A DNA stretch of 64,000 bases from Paraspadella gotoi. Taxonomy: Eukaryota; Animalia; Chaetognatha. A program made the position numbers and the translations under genes. The notes beneath the pieces were generated by a model. The model saw only the letters and a list, made by a program, of their open reading frames with translations, was not told the DNA's origin and searched no databases. The DNA is taken from positions 4,997,951 to 5,061,950 of the forward strand of contig CM119265.1 in assembly GCA_051294375.1 (NCBI GenBank). The letters are read 5' to 3'. Shown piece after piece: positions 1-18,600 of this stretch (position 1 is its first letter; each line of letters begins with the position of its first letter).

Positions 1-4703
<4,703 letters not shown>

Positions 4704-7548
4704 AAACGAGGGGAAAGGGAAATTTGCCATCCAACTGAAAAAAAAAAAAAAATTAAAAAACCCTTGAAGGCTTCCGCTGCGAGGACGGAAATGACATAGT
4801 AGTTTAAATTTAAGTCTATACATATATATATATATTAATCCTCATCGTGAAACAGCAAAAAAAAAAAAAAAGACTTTTTTCTAAATAGTTCCGACGGAAA
4901 ATCTTTAGCATCTGTGATAAACTATTCCTCATTTGTCGTCGTCCCTCCTTGTTTCCCTCCCCCGATCCCTCTACCCCGCGCACCGGACGAAAGCAGCATC
5001 GGGTCTTTACCTCTCCCCGTTCCACGACCTCGGCCCGTTTCCGATCCCCGATTCGAAAAAAAAACAAAAACAAACTGTGCATCAGAAAAAAAAACATTCT
5101 CGTCGCCATCTTTCTTTGATTTCAAATTTCAAAATAACGGTACCTCTTATCTCTCTTCCCGCCTTTCGTCTAGATTTTTTTTTTCTTCCCCCAAATAATA
5201 ATCCAATCTCCAAACAAAAATCTGAATCATTGTCACAAAAAATAAAAGTCATATTGATACGGGATTAACCCACAGCGTATCCTCTTCGCCTTTCCTTCAA
5301 CGGCCACTTCACCCCGACCCAAAACAGCTAGTCCACGCGAAAATCGTGGGCAACCACATCATTGCAAAGTGCAACAAAACCCCAAGTTTTCTTTTCTTAC
5401 AGTGAAAGTTTTGGGTTTTTTTTTTTCCTACAAGAACGACGTTACGAAAATTAAACTGCGGGAACTTAATTTAATAAGAAATTCGCTCGCGATTTATTTA
5501 AGATTACATTGACACGATAAGAGCATAGCTCTCTTAAAGATGCTGCCCAGAAAACTAAAGAATTCTTTCATTATTACCAATATTAGACAAACGCACGGAC
5601 GAATTTCACTCACGTTCTCGCGCTCATTTGAAATATTATTATTATTATAATTATTAACATATCCTCTTCGCTCGCCGACTTGAATGTTTTTTATAAAGAA
5701 TTTTTTTTCGTTTTTATAGACAAGCAAACAACCAAATGCTGGCTTTTGGTTCATGCTGAACTTAATAGTTTGTAATAAATTCTGGAAATCCTTTGAATTA
5801 GATTTTACTTTTGGTTATTGTAAAGGAACTGTGATTGGTTAATCATCGGTGGATACTTCGAAGGGGCAAGCAATAGAACCAACTTTCAAGCCCTAAAATG
5901 AACACGGTTGAAATTTCTTTCTGAATATCTATGACATATCAGCCATTATATGAGACCCTTGCTTTGTGACTCAAGCTATAATGCTTTTCATTGCTACTAT
6001 TTGAAAAGCTAACTTTATAATATATAAATAAAATCGTAATTCACATAGTGTAGATTATCATGATGGTCGAACACATTGTTTGATATCGTTAGGAACTCCA
6101 TTCTCATACTCTTTTATTTTTCCCTATTTTATCAATCAGCTTGGTTTAAATTCGTCGTCAGAGTAGCTTGATACGTAGCAGATGATATAATTTCATTTCA
6201 TAATATCATGTAATAGCAATGTTTGACGTCACACTAACCCAAATTCCCAAGTTTTGCACAGAAGTGAAATTTTTTTTCCCCCTTCCATAAGTTGGTTTCG
6301 TGAAACGTGAAAAAAATTCTCAAGTTGTGTTTACGTCATTTCGTCATTTTCAGTCCAGATTTTTTCCCAAATGTGATCACTTGACTAGAAGTCTTTGTAC
6401 ATAACACAACAGATGCCATTTGCTTTTTATTTTGTAAATATACTATGTCTTTTTGAATAACAAAACTGTTTTGGTTTTCATGACGTCAAAAAAAGTTTTT
6501 AAACCTTTTTTAAATTAAGACATGAAAATTTAAATTTTGTTTAGCAGTCCTAAGTTTGATAATATCTTTCTTATTTGATAATTCCAGTCATCCTACGATA
6601 TTTTTTTTTGCCGAAGCACCGTGTCTCGGATAGATTTCCCCGTTTTTTTCATTGTTTTGGTTTTTTGTATCAGTAACCAATAGTTTTACACCTCGATATT
6701 TATTAAAATGATTTGTGTGTTGCATATTTCAACGACCACTTGCTCTATTTTTTTGAAAAAAAAAGTTTCTGCATTATATCATCGTTAAAATAAAAAGATT
6801 TCTTCAAATTGTAGAAACTTTTTTATCGAAAATGTGGGCTTTTTCATCGGGATTTTTATTGTTTATTCCAAAAAGTACATTTCTGACTTATCCAACGATC
6901 AAATGTTTCAAAAGCGTTAAAAATTGTTTTTTAAAAATTGTAAACTTCTCGTTGAAAATACCTAAATTCTAAATGCAAAAAAGGTAAGATCTTGTACAAA
7001 AATCAAACTCGCTGTTCCAGGTTACCAGAATCTCAAATGACAAAAAATCGTACGTACTTACGTAAATTTAAGTGAGTTTTGTATTTAAACGGCGACCCCA
7101 AATAGTATGAAGGTTTACAATTTTCAACTGAGTTTTTCTTACTCATCTGTCATAGGTTTGAATATCGAAACTGAAATACGGTGGTTTCATGTACCCTGCA
7201 GTTTTAAGAAAATCTATCACTGTAATATAATTCTGTTTTTGTTTAAACATGAAAATAATATGTCTGTAAAAACAAGTCTTTTTTTCTTATGGAATTGGTA
7301 CAACAAATATTAAAGATTAAAAGTCAGCTGAAAACTACTAGCTAAATTACCAGCTTATATAGATAATGAATCGTGTATCATATATCATGAAATAAACATC
7401 TCCGACATGCTATTTAACAATGACTGGTAACTGAAAATGACCATTTCACTCATATAATCCTGAGTCAGATAAGCAAAATAGCGGTTAATAATATATGATT
7501 TTTGAAATAACACGCCTGAAAGGACAGTCATAACAAGAAAACATCCCG

Positions 7549-10147
7549 TCAGCATTGAACTTTGTGCGGAAAATCGCATAGCATTCGTTTCTTGTCAAAT
7601 CTGGTGCCTGCGGGACAACGCATAAGAACGCCACCGCCCCGACGAGTGCATCTGAGCAAAGATGGATCAACGGAAGGATGAATGGATGAAAAAATATTTA
7701 AAGATTTTTAAAAATAAATAAATGCGTAGAAAAACGTTTTTTTAAACTCACAGATAAAATTTTTCGCAGTCAGTTTCGTGCGGTACGCTGGTACCGTGAC
7801 CTTGACAGGCTTTTCTTCCACGATCTCCGTCCCCACCGCCGTTGTCGCCGCCGCCGTTGTCGCCGCCGCCGTTATCGCCGCCGCCGTTGTCGCCGCCATT
7901 ATCTTCGCCGCCGTCGCCTCCATCCACGCTGTTGTCTGAAAAATAACAATTTATAATACAAGTAAACAAAATCAATTAATAAATCAAAGCGGATCATTTA
8001 CCTAATTACAAATGAGCGACATTTGATTACCGATTTTGTTTTTGATCCAATCCAAATACCCTTCAACTTCCGTAAACATGCCCGGGAGGCCCGATCCAGC
8101 GGTTCCGCAAGCCGGTGGTCCGTAAGACACGATGCCGACGACGGCGTAAGATCCGGACTTGTTTTTGCAAACGAGCGGACCGCCAGAATCACCCTGTATC
8201 CATGTTTATATTTACGAATTTTTTTATTTCTTGTTTTTATATCTTATAATTTATTTATATTAGATGAACAATTGACAATCTTGAATGAATGAACGAACGA
8301 GCATCGACAGAACGACCCAAGATTAGCATCAAAAACGTGCGGACGCTGACCTGACACGCCGACCACGATCCCGGTACGCCAAAGCCCAGCAATTTCTCTC
8401 CCGGAGTCCTGTACGCGGGAGGAAACTTTTTCGTATTGGCCCAAAGATCTTTGAGTTTGTCTCCGTCCCAAATGTCTCCAACGGCCTGGACAGAAAATAA
8501 AAAAAGAAAAATTGGGTTGCACAAAAGAACGAAATTGGCTTGAACAAAAGAACCCCAACGGCCAAATGGGAAGACTCGCCTTTTGCAATTGATCCGCCCT
8601 CGTGCCTTTCCTCGGATCCTTAGGATCTTTTTGGATGAAGCCCCAACCGGACAAAACGCAATCCTTGGCGCCGCGGTAGTCTTCGTCGGCAGAGGGCAGA
8701 CATGCGGTGCCCGCGTACGGACCTGTAGATAGTCGGGTTCATAAATCAGTTTGTGAAAAGGTAGGTAAAAATTCAGTCATATTTGGACATTTCTCAAGTG
8801 CCGAAATGACGCAACATAGCATGATATGAGAGGAAGAACCGGCAGCGACAAGAAAAGTAAACCAACCGCTCAGATCAACAGGTCTGTCGAGCTTGGCGAG
8901 CGCAATGTCGTAACCCTGGTACAGAACTCTGATGTTCCATTTTTCGTGAATGTAAAGCTCAGTAATTTTAAAGTCTTGGATTTTCTCTCCGCCCGACCTT
9001 AGTTTCCATTCGCCAATGCGAACCTAAGCGCGCGAGAAAAAAAAAGAAGAAAAAAACAATAAAATTACGTACCGTGGGCGTTTTCATCTAATTGATGAAT
9101 CTCATAAGTTATTCACCCTTACCCTGTAACTCGACTTCGGTCTCGTTGTTCCTGTGTTGAAGCAGTGGGCGGCGCTCAGCACCCAACGGTCGCTTATTAG
9201 CGTCGCTCCGCAGGTGTGAAAAGGTTCACGACCCGGGTACGAAGATTTGATTTGAAGAGAAATCTGTTTCCGGTCGCGGACAGGGGAACATGTACATATT
9301 TTGTTTGTTTGTTTGTTTTTTTTGCTTCGCCAAGAAAACATTATTTAAACAGTTTAGAGATGAAACGAAAATTTAATAGTAATTTTATTTTATTTTATTT
9401 TATTTATTTATTAAACGAAAAATTAATAGCAATTTTATTTTATTTTATTTTATTTATTTATTTATTTATTACAACGAATTTTTCGTTTCATCTCTAAACT
9501 ATTTTAAATAGCAAAAAAGAAAGTCAAAATACAATATTTAAACAGTAAAATATGAAAAGTAAATGAAAAAAAATTTGAATCTGTTGTAATAGCTTCTGAA
9601 CTTAAGCAATCTCTTTTTATCCACACAAAACAGAAATCACATAAGTTCCCACAACTCGAGAATTTGTAGTATTAAAAGCAAGCAAAAAAGGAAAGTGAAT
9701 GATCAAAAACAAATGTACCTAATCATATTTAGTTAAAGTGGGTAATTTGCAGGTCACCACCTGATAACCATGTAAAGGATTTATAAATCATTAAGTAAAT
9801 AAATAAATCATTATATGCCGTTATTGCAAGTTGCGCATGAATGAAGAAATATTTTTTATGTACCATATCAAATGATAAATCATTCCTTTCTGACAAACCT
9901 GCCAAGGAAATTCACCGGGAGAGGCGTCTTGACCATTGACAATTCTGGTGGAACCTCTTTTTCCACATTCTAAATCAAGCAAATCAGGCTGGGAGTGAGC
10001 GATTTCGTTTGTTCATTGCATTAAATTTAGAGATATTTTTCTTAAAATTCAAACTTGAATATAAGAAGTCTTATTTCAACTGAATTCCTTACCTTCAAAA
10101 CCCGATACCGCCGCCAGGCAAACGAAAAGTATAATTAAGGACTTCAT
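7549..10147 (-). CDS. Secreted S1A serine protease (chymotrypsin-type pocket) + (DNGGG)n linker + C-terminal CBM14/peritrophin-A domain; 9 exons
   Basis: Signal peptide [16 protein letters not shown]; activation site R/IVNG; [31 protein letters not shown]; six-Cys [52 protein letters not shown]. Confidence 0.92.
9342..9510. mobile_element. Small foldback/MITE-like inverted repeat in protease intron; similar-style foldbacks at 16516-16598, 31012-31169, 36985-37100
   Basis: gtttagagatgaaacgaaaa ... ttttcgtttcatctctaaac; the other loci also have long inverted arms. Confidence 0.6.
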
Positions 10148-10984
10148 TTTAGGGCTTCAAGAGAAATCGTTTAGTTTTAGTATTATATATATAGAAACGA
10201 ACAAGGGTTTCATTGTTTTATCAGAATACTGTTACCACTGCCAGCTGCGCGAATTTGATAAAAAAATTTATCTAATTTTAAGTTTTATATAACTTTGTGG
10301 GGGACATAGAAGAGGAAACCGGTTAACCGGCCCTTAGCTGAGGTTTGTTTTGATTTTAAGTAGTAGAATATTTATATTTAATATATATATATTAAATATT
10401 TAAGTAGTAAAATATATACGATTAAAAATAGGATTCAAGTTCAAAAAAACTCTTCCAATAAACCACTATTATATCTAATCTTTTATTCCCCCAGTCCCAA
10501 CATCTGTAATCGAATTAAAATATATACGAACATAAACTTACTATACATATATTGACATAGTTTGCATGAAGTTAGTTACCATTTCGTCTTTCACAGACAT
10601 GAATAGGGATTAGGGAATTCGAAATTTAATTCAAATGGATATGAAGCATAATTGTATCAATTGTTCATTTGGCCTACTTTATTGAAACAACTCGAGATGT
10701 CGTCTTCTTCTTGGTAGCAATTTCAAAAATTCTAGTCGGTACCTAAAATACCTGTATTGACTATATTATTTGTGACATATTGTACAAATAGTACAAATAC
10801 TGCATTTCTTAATTAATGATATTAAATTTATCCATTTATGCTTATATACCAGGAATAAACTTGTACTCAAAAATGTAATTACCAAGCATCTAAACGCTAT
10901 AACCCGTAGTATTACTGTCAGAATTATCTCACGTTCCCTGTATTTTGACGCCAGTGCGGATTACAATAGTATTGAAAGCCCAAT

Positions 10985-11140
10985 CGGGTTACATTTACTT
11001 TCGCCGACCGGGGTAAGGGAGGGGTTAGAGTTATGGGTGGTTTAGATTTAAAGTAATTAATTTTTTTGTTAAAAATAAATATTTTTAAGTAGTTTTTCAA
11101 AAGCTGGCTAAACCGCGGTCGGCGAAAGTAAAATTTAGCC
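10985..11140. mobile_element. TIR element with telomere-like internal repeats; copies at 29763-30000 (opposite orientation) and partial 30890-30940
   Basis: tttactttcgccgacc ... ggtcggcgaaagtaaa inverted termini in the copies; degenerate CCCTAA/TTAGGG array inside. Confidence 0.75.
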
Positions 11141-11213
11141 GGGCAATCAATCAACTTGACAGTTTTGATTGAAAGCATGCTCGTTACGCGTCTTCTTGAA
11201 CCTATTAACCTAT

Positions 11214-11402
11214 TGAAGAGACAGTAATTATTGATAAGTGGTTAATGACAGAACCGTTCAATATAATGTTACAGGCGGGTTAAGCGCCCCGTCCTAGGCG
11301 GCCACCGGGCTAGAACCCCGGACCTTTGGGTTGGGAGGCGAATGACTTGCCTCTGGCACCAATGGCCACTGATGAATGGTTGGTGGATTTCAGTCCACCA
11401 TA
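11214..11402 (-). mobile_element. Family A solo LTR (internally deleted), TSD CTAT
   Basis: Matches 14643-14876; ctat|TGAAGAG...CCATA|ctat. Confidence 0.85.
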
Positions 11403-11526
11403 CTATTATATTTAACCTATTATATACTAATATATATAATATATAGCCTGAACAGTGTACAAATGGAGCTTGTTTAATAAACTATGTTTATAGAATAAAT
11501 CCATAAGTTTTATAGGTTGCACTCGT

Positions 11527-11914
11527 TATGGCAACAATCCGGTTGTCTGGGTGAGCTGAGAGGGGAATCTCACCAGTTGGCGTCAAGGAGATTCAGTTCC
11601 TCAGTGGCGCCGCCTGCCACTGGCGTGTTAATAGAATCGCTTTGCCAACGCAGCGGAAAGTCGTTAGGACTGAATACACTGTATCGAATAATGTGTATAG
11701 AAAGCGCAAATGAGATGCGTATTATATGTCACTTTAATAGTGCTGTGGGTAATAATACAAACTAGACAGTCTTGATTGAAAGGTTGCTGGGTCTTATGTT
11801 ATTATCTTGTAAGAGGGAAGGAGGCATTAACCCACCATAGCCCGTTTCAAGTCAGGGGCACGAGAGCTTGTTTATTGAATGAATCCTTTTTACATTGGTT
11901 GTACCAATTTCATA
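11527..11914 (-). mobile_element. Family C repeat, LTR-like, carrying the shared hairpin module; partial copies 14138-14314, ~42878-43068, ~45721-45825, 39501-39545
   Basis: Shared gtcttgattgaaag...attggttgtaccaatttcata block; 11566-11629 aligns to family B 32401-32463; no TSD seen. Confidence 0.65.
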
Positions 11915-12674
11915 ATATCGATTCATAATAGAATTTGAACAAAGTTATCTATTTTCTGACTCAATATAAAATATAATAATAAAATTGTTCAGCAACAAAC
12001 TTTTTCATGGTGGAATCAAACTGGACCATAGAAATATTAGAATATGACCGGAGAAGCATCACAGAAATTTGGAGATTCATAATTAGGAATTCAGGACAAA
12101 CTTAGAGCTGCAAAATATGTCTTTTAATGTCAAAAATAAAAAAGGGGGTCAAAGGTAATCAAAAATACCACAAACTTTCGGAAAATATTAAAAAATTTTA
12201 AATGAGAAGCACACGGTGAACCAATGTTTTAATAAAAACGGGCCTGTATACACTTTACAGGTACATTACATTTTATTTGGTTCCCAACCAAAATTTCAAA
12301 ATCTCAACACCCAAAATATCTAACGTACATAAATAAACTGCCTGATTATGATAGAGTAGATCCTAAATAATTAAATGAAGTCGCATTTAACCATGTCTTA
12401 CAATAAGTATAACCATTAATTCAACCTTTCTCTTACAACGAATAAATCAGAATCAGTCTCAGCGGAAAGCCATGTCTGTTGACATTAAAAATTAAAACTA
12501 AATTTTTATAAACATTTTATGCAATCTTGAAGATCAATAAATAATAATTTCATACGAACAAAATTAGGGCTCGTCAATGGGTTCAAATGGTTAGTCCGTC
12601 ATACAAATGGCATCAAACTATACTATAATCATTATGTAGGACATAGCGGAAGGAAATTTGATTGGCGAGAGAAT

Positions 12675-15600
12675 TTATAACAGAATGTTTTTAATGGCAG
12701 CATCGACTTCGTCGTCGTAAGAATGAACTTCCTGTGTCTCTGACGTCCAGACGTTGTCGGGCGAATCAGTCTCTCGATTATTAGCATCCACCCACGCTGA
12801 GGCCTCGGCGGTTTCGTCCAACAAAGACGTAATTTCGTCAGTCTTGAAAGAAAATTATGCAAATCATTCAGAAAACAAGAGTTCAGAATTAAATTATTTG
12901 CCTCATATAGGTAATATATTAATTCTGGTCAAAACTATTACCAGTAATTTAAGGAATAGTTTTTGTTATTAAAAAATCTTGTATAAAATAGTTTGGTATT
13001 AGGAGGATTTAGCCTGCCGTCCAATTTTCCTCTTCTTTCCTCCTCCTCCTGCCCCTATTTTGTCTAGCGATGCATTCTCTCGTTTCTACTCTTCGCGAAA
13101 TATACCATTATTTTCCCTCTATTTCTTCACGCCTTCAATACCCCTTCAAGGTTAATTTATTTTGAAAAGATTAAAAATATAAAAATTAAAAATAACGTGT
13201 ATTTATAGACATAACAAACCTGTTCCGAAAGAAATCTATCTTCTAACGCCGGTTCCATTTGCTGCAAAATGGCATCGGCCGCAGAGCTACTTTCCATGTG
13301 AGAATCGCGGGTGGAATTTAATGTTTCGCAGAAATTTTCATCGGAACTGGGATTCGATCCGACCCATGGAGTCGATGTAGAGCTCACCACTTCATCGTTC
13401 GGCAAAGTTGGATTCTCTTCAAAGCTGAGGATAAGTTTCCGAAAAATATAAACAGGTATGGTGGATTAAAAACCACCAACCGTTCATCAGCGGCCATTGG
13501 TGCAGGAGGCAAGTCATTCGCCTCCTAACCCAAAGGACCGGGGTTCAAGCCCGGTGGTCGCCTAGCAGTGAAGAGGGACGGGGCGCTTAACCCGCCTGTA
13601 ACAAGGTGTTACAGCCTGATCCGAAGCTCAGGGACTGCTTATAACAATTATAACAATTATTACTTCACGGGGTTAAATTTCTTACGGCAATTTTTTTAAA
13701 TTTAAACTTTTAAAATTCTTTACAGTTAATATTAACTAAACTTACTTCACATGTGTAACTGTCGCGAGCTTGGTAGATTCCGCATTGTCAATTGTAACCC
13801 CTTCGTTATGCGACGAACTTTCAACATCACTATCCCACGTTCCAGAATCGGCATTGTTTTCTATACTTTTCGGAAGTTGAGAGATGTTCTCGGAGACAGG
13901 CGTACTTGCATTAAGAGAAGTGGATATGTCAAGCCCACTCGGGATTTGCGCTGAAATTAAGAATATTTAGAATCAGGATTCAGGAATTGTTAAAAAATAA
14001 AAAAACGCAATGATAATAACGACGTACCGAATGAATCGGAGACGATTATAGAGGAGGAAGCGGTTTCATTTCTAGGTATGCTCTTGTACGATTCGTCTGA
14101 AATGTTAATGCATCAGTATTAAATAGGGTTAGGGTTAGTGAATAAACGGGACTGTGAGAGAGTCTTGATTGAAAGCTTGCAGGGACCTGCTATGTAATTA
14201 TCTTGTAAGAGTGATGGAGGCCTTAAACCACCAAAGCCTGTCCAAAGTCTGGGGCAAGATAGCTTATTTATTAAATGAATGGATAATTTTTATATTGGTT
14301 GTACCAATTTCATAGATAAGATTATTTGAGTTAAATAAATAGTATAAATAGTATACGATTCCAATAAAAAAAATTCAGACGTTATTACCTGAAATAATTT
14401 TAATTCTTTTATCGCCCGCTCCACTAGTCGCACCGAATCCACGCTTACATTTTTCTTTCTTGTAATTTTCAGGTAACGACGGTTTGTTCTGAGGAAGATG
14501 GAAGGGTAAAAACATATGTACATACGTATACGCAAAGGACAACAAACAACGAAGTTCTACTCGGGCTTTTAAACTGCAAACAATACTTTACATCGCTACA
14601 ATTCATATTATTACATATATTATTAGCATAGAATTAACAAGTTATGGTGGACTAAAATCCACCAACCGTTCATCAGCGGCCATTGGTGCCGGAGGCAAGT
14701 CATTCGCCTCCCAACCCAAAGGTCCGGGGTTCTAGCCCGGTGGTCGTCTGGCAGTTAAGAGGGACGGGGCGCTTAACCCGCCTGTAACATGGTGTTACAG
14801 CCTGATCCGAAGCTCAGGGACTGCTTATATTGAACGGTTCTGTCATTAACACTTATCAATAATTACTGTCTCTTCAAAGCATTAATATATGATAGATATC
14901 ATCTATCTCATGTTATGTTATCACATGTTAAAGATATTGAACTTGATTTTCATTTTAAACTAACGATAATTTATGCCTGCTACGATTAATAAAACTATGT
15001 TACATGTTAATTTTCACCTTCAGTTTTTCATCATTTTCTTCCTTTTGCAAGACAATAACATCGTCTTCCTCCAACGCCGGTTTTATTTCATCTTGTTTAT
15101 CGGATTCCCTTTCTTTAACTTTTTTTCGAAGTTCTTCCCAGGCAGAACTTGATATGCTATCGTAGTAACCCACTGGTAAATGAATGGACAATTCAGGTAA
15201 AGTTATATGTATTGTACGATTATGAAAAGCGTCAGTAATTCAGTAATAATTCTTACCAGGATCCTCCTCGGCAGATTTTCTGTCTTCCATCATTTCTCTT
15301 TTTTCTTTTTCTAACCACATCCTCTGAATCATCACACTTTCAGATGCAGAGTATTCTCTCATACTACCTCGCATGGCGACATATCTGAGAAATTAAAAGT
15401 AAGGAATAAACTTTCACATAACAAGCGGCTCGATGATCAAGCGAACAAACCTAAATCGCTCCATCATGTTTTCCGCCTTCGTCAAAAGATTCTTCGAAAC
15501 GGTCTCGAAAACGCGGTCAACTGAAAGAATTGTTTTAACATGAGAAAGACTACATATAATCATTTAAATGATGACAAGCTTGTCCAGTTGCTGGGAAGGG

Positions 15601-18600
15601 TTCTCACACTCAACTCTTATAAGAACAAATTAAAAGAAATAATTAAAAACATTTCTGTAATACCTGATTCTCGATGATCTGCGTTGGGTTCATAGCTTTG
15701 GTAGACGTGGTACTTAGCTAATCTCTCAGCAATATCTCGAAACGATCGGAAGGGCGTTTTGATGTCGGGATTGTTGATGAGGTCAGACTGATCTGTTGAC
15801 AAAAATAAAAAACGAGATTTTAATAAAAAAGACAAAATAATATGAGGGTGTAATAAAGGAGACAAGCAAGTACATAATTAATCGAACCTTTTTTCAGTTG
15901 CGCAGAGAATACTGGCGGTTTTATTATAGATGGTTTCTTATCAATCTGTGCTATAGATGAAATCTGGCTTTGCTTTTTGCAATGCGCCGCAACTAGTTGC
16001 TGAAGTACTTGTTGTTGTTGTTCAGGAGGCAATTTTTGAAGCTTTTTTTGCGTCTCATGTGGGAGAGGAACCGTTATTGTCGCAGGACGCACCGAAGTTG
16101 TGGGGACAGAGACTGAAAAAAAAGTACAGTAAGGCGGATTTAACGACGTTAGGTACTGTACTTCGTATTTAGAAAACTTTGACCACTTTTGAAATTTAAA
16201 ATGAGATTGTAACGGATTATTTAGCATATAATTAATTATTGCCACAAAACCGTTTTTTAGCCGGATCGGCTTATAGCATATTCCGGCTCCACGATTCACT
16301 TTGTCGGTCCGTCGGTAAGTTAATTATGATACATTATGCAAAAAAATTGATGTCGGTCCATCTGTCTGTCCGTCCTTAGCTTTGTACGTCAATTACTCAG
16401 AGGATCGGGCGATTTATTTGAAAATTTGTGTGTAGGTAAAATTAATTAAATTACGATGGAATCGTCAAAGTAGAAATGTATAATTTTCCTTTCGTTTCGT
16501 TGCTATTTAAATATTATTACAAAGTAGTAGAGTTTTTAATTTGTGTATTTTTACAACGAATTTCCTCGAATAAAAATTAAAAACTACTACTTTGTAATCA
16601 GATTTTTATATTAAATATAAATTCAAGCTGCATAAATTAAATAATTATACGATTAATTAATTTTTTAATTAATTAATTAAGAGACAGAGAATAAGAATAA
16701 GAGCTATCAAACAAAGAAAATGAATAAGCAAAAAACATAGGATGATGGGAACAAAAAATTAAATCAATTAAAATAATTAATTAGCTTCTTAACGCTAATG
16801 TTTGTTGGCAGATTCCCTCAAATTTGTTATAATGTAGCTATCTCCAACTTTGTAAAGGATACCACATTACAAATATTCTTATCATCATCAACATTACAAA
16901 TTTAATCTTCACCTGGAACTTTTGGAATCATTGAAATTGCTGCAGAAACTGGACGGACGACTAAAAAACAAAAAGTAGCATTAATGCAGCAAAGAATATA
17001 ATCAATTTCACTAGGTCACAGGAGGAATTGCCTACTTCTCTCTTTCGTCACTATTCATCACTATTCTCACAATTTCACATACGTAAATTCGGTTACAAAT
17101 TTCAAGAGACATAACCATACCAACCTGGAGCCGAGGAAGATATTGTAGTAGTTACAATAGACTGAGAGACAGAGGTAGATGCAGGTGAAACGGTAGTGAT
17201 TTTCGTGTTCGAGTTAGCAACAGTCTGAGGTTGAATCACGACAGCTTGGGATTGACTTTGGTGAACATATTGTGCGTTTTGATTCGACGAAACAACTTGC
17301 GGGCCGGTACTTCCAGAATTTGTCGGAGTCGCATTGGAAATTCGAGAGAATTTATTCCTCCCATTGCTCTCAGGAGTTACAATTTCTATTTGCTTTCCCT
17401 CCGATAAGATTCTTTGCTGTTCAAGTTGAAGTTGCTGCAATTGTTTTGCTTGTTTTTCTCCACTTTTATGGCTTTGAAGCTTTTTAATTTCTTCTTGTAT
17501 TTTTGTCAGGCGTTGATGATTTTCAAACGACAATTGAATAGTTTGAAATTGAGTTTTTGATTGGGTTATAGAAGGATTGACAGTCATTTTTTGTGTGCTA
17601 TTACATGGTGGCACAGTATTGATTGTTTGACCCATTTGTGGAACAACAGTTGGTAGCAATGGAGAGTTAGAAGAAGTCAATGTGACAGATGAAGGTGTTG
17701 CTAAATATGTTGCATTAACGGTACTAGCTGGCAACAAACTCGGTGGCACTAGTTTTTGAGATTTTGCTTCTACAGAAGTCAAGCAAGACGTATTTTTTGA
17801 AGAGCTACTGGCATTTGAGACCTGAGAAGATGATACAGTACTTTGGGTAGTGCTGCCAGAGGAAGCAGCCATGGGAGGTGCAACTCCAATCGGGATTAGT
17901 TGACCATTTGGTTGTCTAAGGTACTGTACTGTTTGTTGACCTTGAACAAGGGCCTGAAGATGAAACAAGCAATGAAAAACCTAAGTTCCTCACCCATTGA
18001 TACATTAGAACAAACGATCCCAAGAATATTTTTTGTTAAAGCGTAGAAAATTATAAAATTTATTAACATTAAATCTTTAAGACGTCAACTACTGAACTTA
18101 ATTTTCTAAGTGTTGGCTTTACCATCACAAATATATAAAGATGAATAATAAAAAAAGGTTGAGCTAAATTTGGTTTGAGTACAGAAAATATTTCAGGCGT
18201 AAAATACCAAATTACCTGTTGGCCGGCAACCATAGATTGATTTTGTTGCGGTAAAACAATCTGCTGGCCATTAGGCAGCAAGAATGATTGCACAGCATTC
18301 CCCTGAACATTATTCGATTGGGGTAACAGAAATTGTTGTCCATTGGGCATTTGAATAACATTCTGAGATTGCACTGCCATTGCTTGTCCCTAAAATCAGT
18401 ATAAAAGTCAATTACAATTTTCAAGAAAATAAAAAAAATCAAACTTACTCCGGGACCAAGAACAATTCTCGTGCCAGGTTGACCGCCGGTTGGAATTTGA
18501 ATATGAATTTTCGGATCCTGGGAAATAGTTGTGACACCCGAAGTTGTGCTTGCAGTAGTTGTTACACCGGTTAACGAAGATGTTGCACCTGGAGAGTGAA

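Noticed and set aside
14676-14747. Functional tRNA-Gly gene
   Set aside because: Anticodon and D stems are broken, there is no T-run terminator, and it is always embedded in the LTR.
14643-14876. Family A as a simple SINE or HINE
   Set aside because: Fixed ends, constant 4-bp TSDs, no tail, and PBS/PPT-containing dimers fit an LTR element better.
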